Source of the DNA: Camelus ferus | Lineage: Eukaryota | Length of the DNA stretch: 64,000 nt | Assembly (NCBI RefSeq): GCF_009834535.1 | Contig: NC_045696.1 | Coordinates: 2,420,001-2,484,000, forward strand | Direction of reading: 5' to 3' | Shown here: positions 1-12,057 of the stretch, one piece after another | Layout: each line of letters opens with the position of its first letter | Numbering within the stretch: the stretch's first letter is position 1 | Program-made: the position numbers and the translations under genes | The notes under the pieces: generated by a model | What the model was told of the DNA's origin: nothing | Database searches by the model: none | The model's input: only the letters and a program-made list of their open reading frames with translations

Positions 1-1432
1 TGATGAGGTAACAGGAGATAAACTAGTATGATTAGTTAGTTCTGACTCTAGAAATGCAGGGTCTTTTTTCTGCCAAAGATGGGATCAGTGGCACATAGAG
101 AAAAATGAAGCTGGGCCAAACCCGTGAACGTTGTGTAGTTTAGCTAATTAGTAGAGGGATGTGACTAAAAAGGGTAAGTTTGTTTCCTCCTAAGTTTACA
201 GTGCTAAGGCTAGCAGGAGTTCTTATGAAGACTCCTTTAGGAAGGAACGTATGTCAAATACATGCTTTGAATGTGTCACTGGAAAAGTGCTAACAGCCAA
301 TTTTAAGAAGTGACTAGCCTTTCTAATATTTTTGCTCTTCTTATGGAGGTCAAAGGGAAAACATGGATTCTCCAATTTGTTTTACATCTAAAGGCCTAAA
401 AAACTCTCAATTTTGAAAGTATGCATAAAAGCCTGTATGTGGCAGTGTCTGAGGCGTCTTGTGCATTTTAAAATCAGAAATAGAAGCAGTAAAATGGTAC
501 ATAGGTTTTTTTTTTTTTAATTTAATTTTTAAAAGAGTTCCTTTTCTGTTTAAGTTAAGAAACTTTGTCTCCTTGGTGCTGTCAGTTTGTGCGTAAAGGC
601 CTGAGGCCTGCCAGGCCGACAGCCGGACTTCACCTGCCCCCGCCGGCGATCAGGGCAGCCCCTCGCTGTCAGGTTGCTCGTGGCCCATCCGGTCGGTGCT
701 CCGTGGGGCCTGAGGAGCAGACGCTCGCTAGGATGCAGATCAGCACACTTGCTCGTGGCGCGAGTGGGGACAAGCCTCGCGTTGCAAGGAGTTCTCATCC
801 CAGATGCTTGTGTAGCCCCGTGCCTCTCGCTTGTTCAGGGATCTCCAGGCTGATTAGGGTGCCAAGCATAGTGTCACAAGTCTGGGACTTGAAGAAGATC
901 AGCCAAGGCCTGAAGTCAGGCCACAGGCAAGGAGGGGTTTTAGGAGAAGTTGTAAATGTGCCCGTTACCCTGATCCTGCCAGACCTGCCGTTAGCTGTAC
1001 GGCATGATGTTAATATGAATGCAGACGGTTGAGAAGTACTTCTGTAGGCGTGCTAGTTTTCTGAGAAGCCTTGAAGCTGACGTCTGCTCTGTTTCCGTCC
1101 GTGACGTAGGTGCTTAGACCGCTGCGGGAGGACTTCTCTGATGCAGCGTCCTGTAGGGAGTGCAGCCTCAGGAGGCGCAGCGAACGAACCCATTAAATGG
1201 TCTTTGGATACTTTTCAAGTCCAGGCCCGGGTCGGGAGAGCAAGAGACAGCTGGTCCACCTTCTTTTTCCTGGGGTTCATCTTCAAGGCCCGGCTGTCTC
1301 TGCTCTGAGAGTGTGCACGGTTGTTTGTCTTCAGATGTCGAATGCGGAGGCCTTTTAATGTGCCAGTGCATGTTACACAGGGAAGACTAATGCTGCCTTT
1401 TTTTGTTGCTGTTATTTGTAATCCTCAAGTTT

Positions 1433-1965
1433 TTTGAACTGTGGTAAAATTTACCACAGAAACATAAATAATGAATGTAAAATTTACCATTTAAGCCATT
1501 TTTAAGTGTGGAATGCACTGGCATTAAATATACTCACAGAGTTGTGCAACCGTTAGCCCTGTGTTTCCACAGCAAGCAGAAGCTCTGTACCCGTTCATCT
1601 TCCAGCTGCCCTCCTCCCGCCCCCGGCACCCTGTGTTCCGGTCCTATGAATTTGACTTCTCAAGTACCTCATAGAAGTGGAATCAAATATTTGTCCTTCT
1701 CTGACTGGCTGACTTCACTCGGCATAAAGGCTTCAAGGTTCACCCATGTTATAGCAGGTGTCAGAACTTCATTCCTCTTTATGGTGCATGAAATTCCCTC
1801 GTGTCTATGTAACACGTTTTGTTTATCCATTCATCTGAGGATGGACAAGGGTTTAAGCTTTGGCTGTCGTGAATGCCGCAGTGAACGTAGGTTGTACAGG
1901 TATCTGAGCTCCTGCTTTCCAGTCTCTTGGGTGTGTGCCTACGTGTGAAACTGCTGCACCACGTG
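1433..1965 (-). mobile_element. Old LINE-1 3' end (L1M-type 3'UTR fragment)
   Basis: Contains typical antisense L1M 3'UTR phrases: 'aaatttaccatttaagccatttttaagtg', 'gactggctgacttcactcggcataa', 'tcaaggttcacccatgttatagca', 'gtttatccattcatctg'. Subfamily not resolved. Confidence 0.8.
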
Positions 1966-2956
1966 GATCAGGGTTTTCTCTCGACATAAAATCGCATTGT
2001 CTGCAAGTAGTGATAGTTTTACTTTTTCCTTTCCAATTTGGATGCCTTTTATTTCTTTTTCCGCCTGATTGCCCTGGCTAGGACTTTCAATACTACGTTG
2101 AATAAGAGTGGTGAGAGTGGGCACCTTTGTCTTGTTGCTGATATTAAGGGAAAAGGCTTTTTCACTGCTGAGTATGGTGTTAACTCTGGGCTTGTCGTGT
2201 GTGGCCTTTATAGTGTTGAGGTGCGTTCCGTCCATGCCTACTTTGTTGAGAGGGTTTATGATAAATGGATGTGGGGTTTTGTCATGTGCTTTTTCTCCAT
2301 CTGTTGAGATGATCATGTGATTTTTATTCCTCCACTTGTCAATGTGATGTATCACATTGATTAATTTGTGGATATTGATCCACCCTTGGCATCTTCGAAT
2401 AAATCCCACTTGATCATGGGCTACGATCCTTTTAGTGTGTTGTTGAATTTGATTCGCTAATATTTTGTCGACGATTTTTGCATCTGTATCCAGGGATACT
2501 GGCATGTTACTTTCCTCTTTTTGTGATATCCTTCTCTGGTTTTAGTATCAGGGTAATACTGGCTTGCAAATGAAACGAGTTCGGGAGCAGTCCCTCCTCT
2601 TCAGTTTTTTGGAAAAGTTTGATAAAGATAGGTATCAAATTTTCTTTGAATGTTTGGTAGAATTCACCAGTGAAGCCATTTATTGGGTCCTGGACTACTG
2701 TTTGTTGGGAGGTTTTTTTAATTGCTGTTCAGTATCCTTACTAGTAATCAGTCTGTTCAAATTGTCTATTTCCTCATGATTCTGTCTTGGAAGATCGTGT
2801 TTCTAGGAATTTATCCATTTCTTCTAATTTGGGCTAATTTTAATGCCCAATTTCTTGGCCTGTGATTGTTCGTAATAGTTTCTTACAATTGGTTGCATTT
2901 CTTTGGTGTCAGTTGTGATTTCTCCGCTTTCATTTCTGGATTTATTTATTTGAGCC

Positions 2957-2988
2957 CTCTCTCTCTTCTCTCTCTCTCTTCCCTCTCT
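2957..2988. repeat. (CT)n microsatellite inside L1
   Basis: ctctctctcttctctctctctcttccctctct. Confidence 0.8.
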
Positions 2989-4244
2989 TTTTAGTGAGCT
3001 TATCTAAAGATATGTCAATTTCATCTTTTCAAAGACCAGCTCTTACTTTCATTGATCTTTTCTATTGTCTTTTTGAGTCTCTATTTCATTTATTTCCATT
3101 CTGATCTTTATTATTATTTCCTTCCTCTGTTAACTTTGGGTTTTGTTTGTTCTTCTTGTTTTAGTTCCTTTAGGTGCAAAGTTAGCTTGAGAGTTTTCCT
3201 GTGTCTCGGGGGGGACTGTGTCACTATGAGCGTCCTTCTTAGTGTATTCCAGAGGTTGTGGTACGTTGCGTTTACATTTTCATTTGTCTCAAGGTGTTTT
3301 TAAATTTCTCCTTTATTTGTTGATCCATTGGTTGTTCAGGAGCATTTTGTTTAATCACCACATGTTTGTAATTTTTCCAGTTTTCTTCTTGTAATTGATT
3401 TCTAGCTTCATACCATTGTGGTCAGAAAAGATACTTGATACGGCTTTAATCTTCTTAAATTACTAAGGCTTATTTTGTGGCCCAGCAGGTGATCTATCCT
3501 GAAGAATGTGGCATGTGCACTTGAGAAGAATGTGTATTCTGCCGCTTTTGGATGGAATGTTCTATATATACCTATTAAGTTCATCTGGTCTGATGTGTCG
3601 GTTCAGGCCGGTGTTCCCTTATCGATTTTGTCTGGACGGTCTGTGCACTGATGTAACTGGTGTGTAAAGTCCCCCACTCGTACCATGTTGCTGTCAGTTT
3701 CTCCCTTTGGAGCTGTGAAGCTCCTATGTTGGGTGCATAAATGTTTACAAATGTCGTATCTTCTTGTTGGATTGGCTCCTTTATCATTATGTAGTGTTCG
3801 TCTTTGTCTTTTGTTAGTCTGTCTTAAAGTCTATTTTGTCTGATAAAGTGCAGCTAGCCAGCTTCCTTTTGGCTTCCCTTTGCATGAAACATCTTTTCCC
3901 ATCCCTGCACTTTCAGTCTTGTGTGTGTGTTTACTTCCGAGGTGAGTCTCTTGCAGGCAGCACAGAGACGGGTTTGGTTTCTATCCTTCGGCCACTCTGT
4001 GTTTTATGATCGGAGCGTTCGATCCGTTTACATTTACAGTAATTGTTGATAGGTCTGTGCTTACTGTCGTTCTGTTGTTTTCTGGCTGCTACGCAGTTTC
4101 CTGTGTTCTTGCTTCTCTTGTTTTCTTCCCTGGTGACTTGATGACTTTGTGTAGTGTTATGCTTGGGTTCCTTTCTCATTATCTTTGGTGTGTGCTATAG
4201 ATTTTGCCTTGTGGTCACTATGAGGCTCACATACAATAGCTTAC

Positions 4245-4280
4245 ATATATATATATATATATATACACATACATACACAT
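4245..4280. repeat. (TA)n/(CA) microsatellite inside L1
   Basis: atatatatatatatatatatacacatacatacacat. Confidence 0.9.
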
Positions 4281-5139
4281 GGATGTGTGTATCAGTCATT
4301 CTAAGTTGGTAACAAGGTAAGTTTGAGCACGTTCTCAAGCTCTGCATTTTCACTCCCCTACCCATGTTTTATGTTTTTGATGTCACATTTTGCATCTTTC
4401 TATTTTGTGTATCCCTTAATTATTACACAGTTACTTTACCACCTTTGTCTTACCTTGCATACTAGTTTTATAAGTGATTAATCTGCCTTCTTCATTATGT
4501 ACTTAAACTTTACCCGTTCGATTTTTCCTCTTACCTGTTTTCTTGTTACTCATTGATGCCCGCCCTTCTCAGCTTAAAGAAGGCCCTTTCACATTTCTTG
4601 CAGGCTTGGTTTAGTGGTAATAACCTCCCTTAGCTTTTGCTTGTCTGGAAAGCTCTCTGTCTCTTCTTCAGTTCTGAATAATAACCTTGCTGGGTAGGGT
4701 ATTCCTGGTTGGAAATGTTTTCCTTTTAGCACTTTGAGTGTGTCGTGCGTGCCACTTCTGTCTGGCCTGCAAAGGTGCTGCTGAAGAGTCTTCTTGTAGG
4801 CTGATGGGGCTCCCTTGTATGCAACAAGGTGTTCTTCTCCTTTTTTAAGATCCTCTCTTTGCCTTTGACTTTAGGTATTTTAATTATAGTATGTCTTAGT
4901 GTGGGTCTCTTTAACCTCATCTTGTTTGGATCTCTTTGGGCTTCCGGGATCTGGATGTCTTTTTCCCAGGTTAGGGAATTTTTCAGCCATTATTTATTCA
5001 GATAAAATTTCTGCCCCTTTCTCTCGCTCTCCTTCTCCTGGGATCCCTGTAATGTGAATGTTACTCTGCTTGATGTTGTCACATGGGTCCTGTAAGTTAT
5101 CTTCACTCTTAAAAATTCTTTTTTCTTTTTGCTACTTTC

Positions 5140-5279
5140 AATTAAAAAAAATATTTTTAGTTTTTTTTGGGGGGAGAGGGTTTAAGTTTTTGAATTTAGT
5201 ATTTATTTTAATGGAGGTGTTGAGGGTTGAACCCAGGACCTCACACGTGCTAAGCACACTGAGCTATCCCCCCCCCCCC
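5140..5279 (-). mobile_element. tRNA-derived SINE, camelid Vic-1-like, inserted in the L1
   Basis: Reverse complement reads GGGGG..GATAGCTCAGTGTGCTTAGCACGTGTGAGGTCCTGGGTTCAACCCTCAACACCTCCATTAAAATAAATA...CCCCCAAAAAAAA. This is a tRNA-like head with a B box (GGTTCAA), a partly deleted A box and an A-rich tail. Confidence 0.85.
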
Positions 5280-6044
5280 GCTGCCTTGTGTGAGCGCCAC
5301 TGCCCTGGCTCCACGTCGCTGATCTCCCTGCTGCCCGTCTAGCCTGCTGTTGAGCCCTCCAGGGTGTCTTTCAGTTGCTGTACTCTTCAGGCCTGTAGCT
5401 TCTGCTAAGTGTTTTCTTATGTTGTATGTCTCTTTGCTGAAGTTACCTATGTTCACCCATTCTTCTGAGTTTAGTGAGTATTTTTATTACCATTACTTTG
5501 AATTCTTTATCAGGTAAATCACTTATCTTTGTTTTATTAAGATTTTTTTCCTGGGCTTTTTCCTTGTCCTTTCTTTTGGAACATGATTTTTCTGTTTCCT
5601 CATTTTGCCTGATTCTCTGTGTGTGTTTCTGTGTGTTGGATGAACATCCCTCTCTGCCAGTCTTGAAGGGGTGGCCCTGTGTAGGTGACGAATCTTGTCA
5701 TTTGACCTTACCCGTTCTTGGTTGTCTTTCGAACTGTCTCTCTGATATTTTCAGACCCGTGGGGTTCAGAAACGAAAGCTCCTGGCCACCAGGGCCTAGC
5801 TCAAGGGGCATCCCCTGTGTGGACTGCACATTCCTGTTGGCTTTGGGGTGCCATGGGGGGCAGAGTGCTCACCTGCCACCTCTGGCGGGACTGTGGGAGT
5901 GACGTGGGGTGGGGACAGGGCAGGGGCAGCTGCATGGTGAGGAGGTGGGTGCTGTCAGGTTAGAGTAAGTGTGGAAATGGTTCCCACCAGCACTGATGCT
6001 AGCAAGGTAGAGGGAGAACATAAAAATGACCCCTGCCAGCACCC

Positions 6045-6135
6045 ATTTTGAGTTAGTTTCACATATGGTTTAGGGGAGAGTTCAACTTCACTCTTGCATG
6101 TGGATGTCCAGTTCTCCCAGCACCATTTGTTGAAT
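6045..6135 (-). mobile_element. LINE-1 ORF2 3' fragment
   Basis: 'ttgcatgtggatgtccagttctcccagcaccatttgttgaa'; the minus ORF contains 'FNKWCWENWTSTCK', an L1 ORF2 motif. Confidence 0.85.
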
Positions 6136-7394
6136 TTCGTAACTGTCAGTTGCCATGATTCATATATACTATTGCTCATTGTATTTTAAAAACATGTTTC
6201 ATAAATAACCTTTATTGTAAGGATTTTAAGTTGTTCCCAGTGGTGCTCCCTTAGCTGTGCTTTCCCGCCACAAATGCATATTTAATGTCCTTAGAACACA
6301 CCTAGCACAGAATAACTGTCAAAAAAATGGCTCCCAGTCATAGTTTATGGTTTTTAATTGAGGGCATATTTTGCAGCCCAACTTTTCAGAGTAAATTATT
6401 TAATGCAAACTGTTACTCTTAAATGTCTGTGATGGAGTCCAGGCAGTAGGAAGAGTGGGTGCAAACACCCTGGGGCACTTGTTTGCAGCACATTTGAAGA
6501 TAGCAGTGAGTGCGCAGGCCCGGCCTCAGGGAGGACGACATGGTTCACTTTGTGAGACGGCAGATTGTTGGACAGTAGGGAGCGGGAGCAACATCTGATT
6601 TACATTTTAAAATGCAAAAAAAGTCACTTCCATTTTCAAAATCATTGGTTGACCATTAGTTGACCATACCCTCTGACTTTAGCCGAGTGGTTGTTTGCCA
6701 GCCCCCAGCACTATAGGTGGCAGAGTCTGAGATACCAAGACCAGAGAAATGAGTTTATCTCCAAACTTGCTTCCTTAGGGCGGGGCGTTCGCTGTGCCTT
6801 CCAGAGGGCGGCCTGTGGACTCGCCATGCCCAGGTCCGAGGCCCAGGGTGCAGGCTGTCACTGGATCCCGCGCCCGCCCAGCTGACAGGCCGTGTGCGGA
6901 GGTGGCACGTCCCTGCCACGGTGGAGGGGAGTGCCTGCGCAGTGCCAGCCCTGGCTGTCTGCCCTGCTCTCAGCCACTCATGCCAGTGGTCCCACGTCTG
7001 CCCTGTGCTGGACCGCAGGCCCTCGGGACAGAGGTTGTCAGCTGCTGCGGGGTCACGGAGCACATTGACAATCCGATAAACTGCTCTGTACAGAAATGCC
7101 CGTAAGCACGTGTGTGCTGCTTCCTACACAATTTCTGAGAGTTTGGGGGGACCCCCTCATCAGTAGCTCTGTATGGACCCCTTGCCCTGGACGTGAGTCA
7201 TGTCTGTTGAGTCCCTGCGGCCTCATGCAGTGCCGGGCGCATAAGGAGGCCTCCTGGCATGAAAAGCATGTAACAGCGTCACAATTTCTGTGAAAACCGT
7301 CAGGCTTCCCACACTGACGTCAGCCCTGTAGCTGGACACAAAGCATTTGGTCTCCTGGTGGCGGTCAGGGCTTGTGTCCAGTTTACACCAGCCC

Positions 7395-7485
7395 AGTCCT
7401 CACAACCACCTTCTGCGGGTGAGGGGATGAGCCCAGAGATGTTACGCTGCCTGCCTGCGGGGCCAGCTGCCATTCGAACCTGGGT
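7395..7485. mobile_element. Degenerate MIR fragment
   Basis: 'cagtcctcacaaccacc...gagcccagagatgtta...attcgaacctggg' resembles the MIR core. Confidence 0.45.
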
Positions 7486-9339
7486 GCCTCTTCAGTAGCC
7501 CTTCAGTACCGTGTGGCGTCACCTCTGGCCCCTGGGGCGTATGTCCACCCTCCCCTGTGGTCACTTGTTCTCCACAGCAGGGCCTGGTCCTGCCCTTGGG
7601 CTTCCGCAGTTCTAGTGCCTAGCAGTTCAGGTCCGTCTGGCACTTTTGGCCAGTGTGCTCTGGGTGCCACTGGGCAGGCCTGTGGGGTAGGGAGGGAAGG
7701 GAGGCAGAGGACAGCGGGCAGACGGCCACCAGCCAGCCCTCTGCCCACCCCAGCGGCAGTATTCAGTCAGCATGTGGTGACACGGGCAGGCTGCTGGGGC
7801 TGCCTGATCGCAGGCGCCGTGTGGGAAGATGTGGAGAGGTGGATTTAATCATCAGTGCTAGAAACGAGTTTAGGAGGTCCTGTTCTGCATTCGCAAGCCG
7901 ATTTACAAGACGAGTGTTTACTCCTGTTCCAGGGAGCTGACTGTCACAGGGTCCCCGCAGCCTGCCTTACCTCTGCCTGGGGTCACTGAGCATTTCTCTC
8001 TCTTTCGGTCTTCCTTTGAGACCCCGTACTGCTGAAGCAAGTGAGGCCGGCAGCAGACACACCCCTCCACCTGCCCTGGACCGGAAAGCCAGCCCCGGGC
8101 GCGGTGGGGATTGGAGATGACGGGGCTCCTGCCGGGCTGTGGGGCCGTGGGGGCCGGGGGAGAGGCCGCCCCTGCAGGGATGGCTGGTGCGCTTTCTTTT
8201 CTTTCTGCTCTTTAACCAGATGTCAATAGAGGAGAAATAACGGGCAGCTGAGCTTGGCAGGTGTTATTTAAGGGCAGAGTGAAGCAAGTCCTTCTTCTTG
8301 GCAGGAAAGTCATGAAAAGAGCATTTCCCAGGCCCTGGAGCTCACCTCTTAAGCATCAAAGCCGTTTCTTTTGAGGTGAACCATTTTCAGGACAATCTTT
8401 TTACATGACATCACACACTTGCTGCCTTCGTAGGTTGAACTTGGCACATTTAACTCTTCTCGATGAATCAGGGTCCCGCCAGCCAACGAGGTAAGTTTCC
8501 AGAATCTCAGCTCTGCACTTTGGCATTTGAACACTCTTCCTCCAGTTTCGAGAGGAGGAGGTGTTTCTCATGTTGGGATGAATTTCTCGCCTGTGGGTGC
8601 CTCCTGGTTCCGGGGGCAAGAGTGAAGGCATTGGCCCGAGTCCCTTTTGGTCAGAGGCGGTTTGGGTGTGGTCTGTCTGGGCACAGGGAGTGAGTGCCTG
8701 CCACCCCAGCCGAGCTGTGATCCTGGTGTGACAGCATCCCGGGGCGGGTGCTGTGTCTGGAGTGTGGTCACGTGGGACCAAGACCTCGGTGTTCTCCCTT
8801 CAGGTCCTCCTGGTCTGGGAGAGTTGCCGGGGAAGCAGGCAGAGCCTCAGCCTCGCCTCTCCCGCCCCCAGGCCGGCCCCTGGAGCCCTGGCCCCCACTG
8901 GCTTGGCCCAGCACCCCCTGCTTCTCTGCCATCTTGAATTTCACCCGTCTGGACGCCACCGGAGCCCTGGATCCATGGCATCCTGGGAGGGGAGGAGGGA
9001 AAGGAAAGCCTTTCCCAGGAAGCAGCCCGCCCTCCGGAGGCCTCCGTGGCTGAGGCCCTGGGCTCCTGGTGTCATGCTTGGTTTTTTCCTCCTCTGGAGC
9101 GCACCACGGGGCGGCTGGGACACCCCCGGCTGAAGCCACAGCCGCCACTGTCCTGTGGCGTCTGCTCGAGCTGCTGAGCTGTCCCTGCTCGTCCCCTCTC
9201 CCCACACGCACACCAGCGTGGGGTCTCCCCACGTCCCCTCCCTCCCTCGCACTTCCCTCCGGGGCCAGGTGTGGACGCAGTCCAGGTCTCTGTAATGATG
9301 TCCCTGGCTGGTCAGTGGGTGGATACATCCCCAGATCTT

Positions 9340-9448
9340 GTCTGTGTGCATGTCTGCACGTGTGTGCACCTGTGTGTGTGCATGTGCCAGTCCACCTCTG
9401 TGTGCCCAAGCATGTGTCTATATGCGTGTGTCTGTGCGCCTGCGTGTG
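9340..9448. repeat. Degenerate (TG)-rich simple repeat
   Basis: tgtgtgcatgtctgcacgtgtgtgcacctgtgtgtgtgcatgtg... Confidence 0.8.
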
Positions 9449-11720
9449 GGGTTTGTCCTGCCTTCCTGCTCTGGGCGCTAAGCAGTGTCTTGGCTCTGGT
9501 CAGCTAGGCTACCCTGATGTGCCTGGTCCCCAAGCCCGTCCATCCTGGCAGGAATTTGGCCACAAGTAAGAACACCCAAGCCTTCATGTATAGGTTTCTT
9601 TCCAAGAGTGGAGGGGACACTCATGAATGAATAGAAATCCAGAAGCAGCCGTGTCCTTGGGGATTGTCCTCCAGGGAGTGGCCGCAGCCACATGCTCGTG
9701 GCAGCAGCACACACAGAGAGGAGGGCCGGCCCGCTGAGCCCCTCCCACGGAGCTGGCCCGGGGCTGCCCTCAGTCGCCTGGGTCGTCTGTCTCGTCTGTC
9801 TCGTCTGTCTCAGACGGATTCTTACTTTCTGTCCAGTGTGTGGTCCAGCATTCCTGTGTGGAGCTAAGGAAACCACAGTGAGCCGGGCCTCTTGGGGCTG
9901 GACTAGCGTTCAGAGTGGGTTCGTCCTCCTGTCCCCTCACTCTGCGGCCCCACGTTGGGCAGGGCCTGGGGTTTGTGTGCTTGCTGGAGGGCCGTGGCTG
10001 CAGGACACCCGGGGACACTGAAGACGTTGACACCCCACGTTTCTGGGGATGTCTGTGTGTCGGACTGTTTTGGCTGTGGACCAGGTATACGTGTGCTCGG
10101 ACATTGGGTCAGGCTTAAGGAGGCTGAGACAGGTGACAGGGCCCTAAGCCCTGCAGGACAGACTTGAAACTCCCTGCTTGTCTGAGGTCAGGTTTGCATT
10201 TCCCCTTAAACCGAGTGACCGGATCCTGGGCTGACGGCTGGCCCGAGGCTGAAGCCCCTGGGCTGCCAGCCTGCTCCCTGCGGTCCTGTGACCTAACCCT
10301 TTCTTAATCTTGTTTTCCGCCCTGTGGGGGAAGAAATCCTGTTCCTGGAAGCTGCCTGGAGAAAAGCCCTGTCTTAAGGTCAGGGAGCGGGGGTACAGGG
10401 ATGTGAGCAGACCGGGTCTGCAGCTGGAGGCGCAGGATTTGGGACTGGGGACCGTGTCTCAGAGGCCCAGGCACCTGCTGACCAGCCTCCCCGACTCCAG
10501 CCCGGACGCCCGCCAGCGTCGCTGCCGAGAGACTCGGAGTGAGGAACAGAACAGCCTGTCCTGTCGGGGCCCCGTGCTGTCGTCTCGCAGGAAACCCTGA
10601 CCGGGCCCTGGCAGGTGCGGAGCCTTCCTGTTTGCCCCGCGATTAGTCACACTGACTGCGCGCCAAGACGCGAGTCTGCCCCGATGTTAATCCCCAGCCC
10701 GGATTAAGATGGCAGGCCCCAGGCTGGCACAACCGGCCGCGGGACCCTTCTTCCTCCCCGGTAGCCGGCCACCCTGCCCTACTTGGCACAGACTTCCTCT
10801 TCTCCAGGTCCTTCTGGAACATTCTGATCTGGGCCTCTCCCTGCCCTGCTCAGGAGGGGCAGCCTTTGTCACAGAGGGAGGCTCTGCCCCTGGGCTCCTT
10901 CCGGGGGCCGCTGCTCCTGCGCTTCCTTGTCCAGAGCAGACGGCACCGGCGGTGCGGCCTGAGCCCTCGGCTGGGTGAAGGGGCCACGCGCATGCTTCGG
11001 AGTTCCTAGGACTAACAGATGTGCATGCAGGCCAAAGTTCAGCTGGGTTCTTTCTTTACAAACAGGCAGGTGAATCTTTCGGGGGAGGGATCAATTAAAT
11101 CACCTACTGCAACATCTCCAGACAAGCTCTGCACGAAGCGGCGGACATTTCTTGTGGCTCCAGGCCTGCGGCTGCCGGGCCAGAGCTCCCAGCGGGCGGC
11201 CCAGCCATCCCAGGGCCAGGGCCTGTCCCACAGCAGGGAGAGCGGGGCGCTGGGCTGGTACTCACTGCGGAAGAGGGGAGCACCGCCCACAGTAACTGGC
11301 TTCCACGCGTGCCCCTCCGCCCATGGTTTGACAATTTTTCATTCTTAGGAGAGTCACTCAACTCGGAGCAGGGTGACAGAGAGGTGGGGGCACGTAGGAA
11401 AGCTGATGTTACAGGTTCTAGTCCAGATCAGTGCTCACTTCTGCCATTGGGACACATTGCATGTTTTTTGCCCTAGTTTTCATATTTTTCCTGAGAGCAT
11501 TTGGTTTGAACTCCTGTTAAAATCTGTCTGTGCTTCTCTGCACACCCCAGGCACACGGGAGCTGGAGGTGGGACTTCGGCCAGGGACCCAGGTGGCCCCC
11601 AGACAGTGCATATAGGAGACAGTGATGCTGTTGGGGTGAGCCTGTCTCCTGGGAGGCTGGACGGGCATCCTGGCCCTGCAGCCCCACAGCCTGACCACCT
11701 CTGAGATGGGCGGCCCCTCC

Positions 11721-12057
11721 TGAGACAGGCTGGGACCCGGGACTCGGGACCGCAGGCTGCAGTGCCGTCTCCTCCAGCAACGGAGCACAAACTATAAGGG
11801 ACTGAAGATAACTGCAAGCACGTGCCGTTAGGGCAAATTATACACAATAAGATACCAAGAGGCCACAAGCCAGCTGCCACTCCTGAGGTGCTGGGAGCAA
11901 AAGGAGGGCACTGGGCATGGTCCCCACCCCGTTTCGGTGATCAGCTCGCCCCCTCAGGATGCAGGCAGGAGCCCCAGTAAAGCCTTGCCTGGAGTTCTCA
12001 TGTGGCCTCTAGTCAATTTCTTTTGATTTAAGCGTCCAAGGGCCTGGGTCAGTATCA
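11721..12057 (+). mobile_element. ERV1-like solo LTR
   Basis: TG...CA termini (tgagacaggctgg ... ggtcagtatca). Poly(A)-signal variant 'agtaaagccttgcctg' followed by a U5-like tail. Imperfect 4-bp flanking duplication ctcc/ttcc. Confidence 0.75.

Larger units (their letters stand above)
1970..6040 (-). mobile_element. Decayed LINE-1: 5' region, ORF1, ORF2 endonuclease and N-terminal part of RT; 3'-truncated
   Basis: Minus-strand ORFs match L1 proteins. 1939-2505 'DAKIVDKILANQIQQH...HDQVGFI...KNHMIISTD...KEKVKLSLLADNAIL' is ORF2 RT with a decayed FADD motif. 3581-3787 'IQQEDTTFVNIYAPNIGA' is endonuclease. 4726-4920 'RPTLRHTIIKIPKVKGKERILK' is ORF1. Many stops and frameshifts; the 5' boundary is approximate. 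Confidence 0.95.

Noticed and set aside
1..560. AT-rich start as an identifiable 3'UTR or lncRNA (e.g. MALAT1/NEAT1-type end), and the GTAAGT donor near 174
   Set aside because: There is no triple-helix or tRNA-like motif and no convincing coding exon; I cannot assign a gene.
1939..2505. 188-aa reverse-transcriptase-like ORF as a functional or domesticated gene
   Set aside because: It is an ordinary L1 ORF2 remnant. The catalytic FADD is decayed to LADN and the surrounding frame is disrupted.
5200..5279. tRNA gene
   Set aside because: The D-arm/A box is deleted and an A-rich tail follows, so this is a SINE.
6795..6812. CTCF-like motifs here and near 54210 and 61490
   Set aside because: Each has core mismatches, and such near-matches are common in GC-rich sequence.
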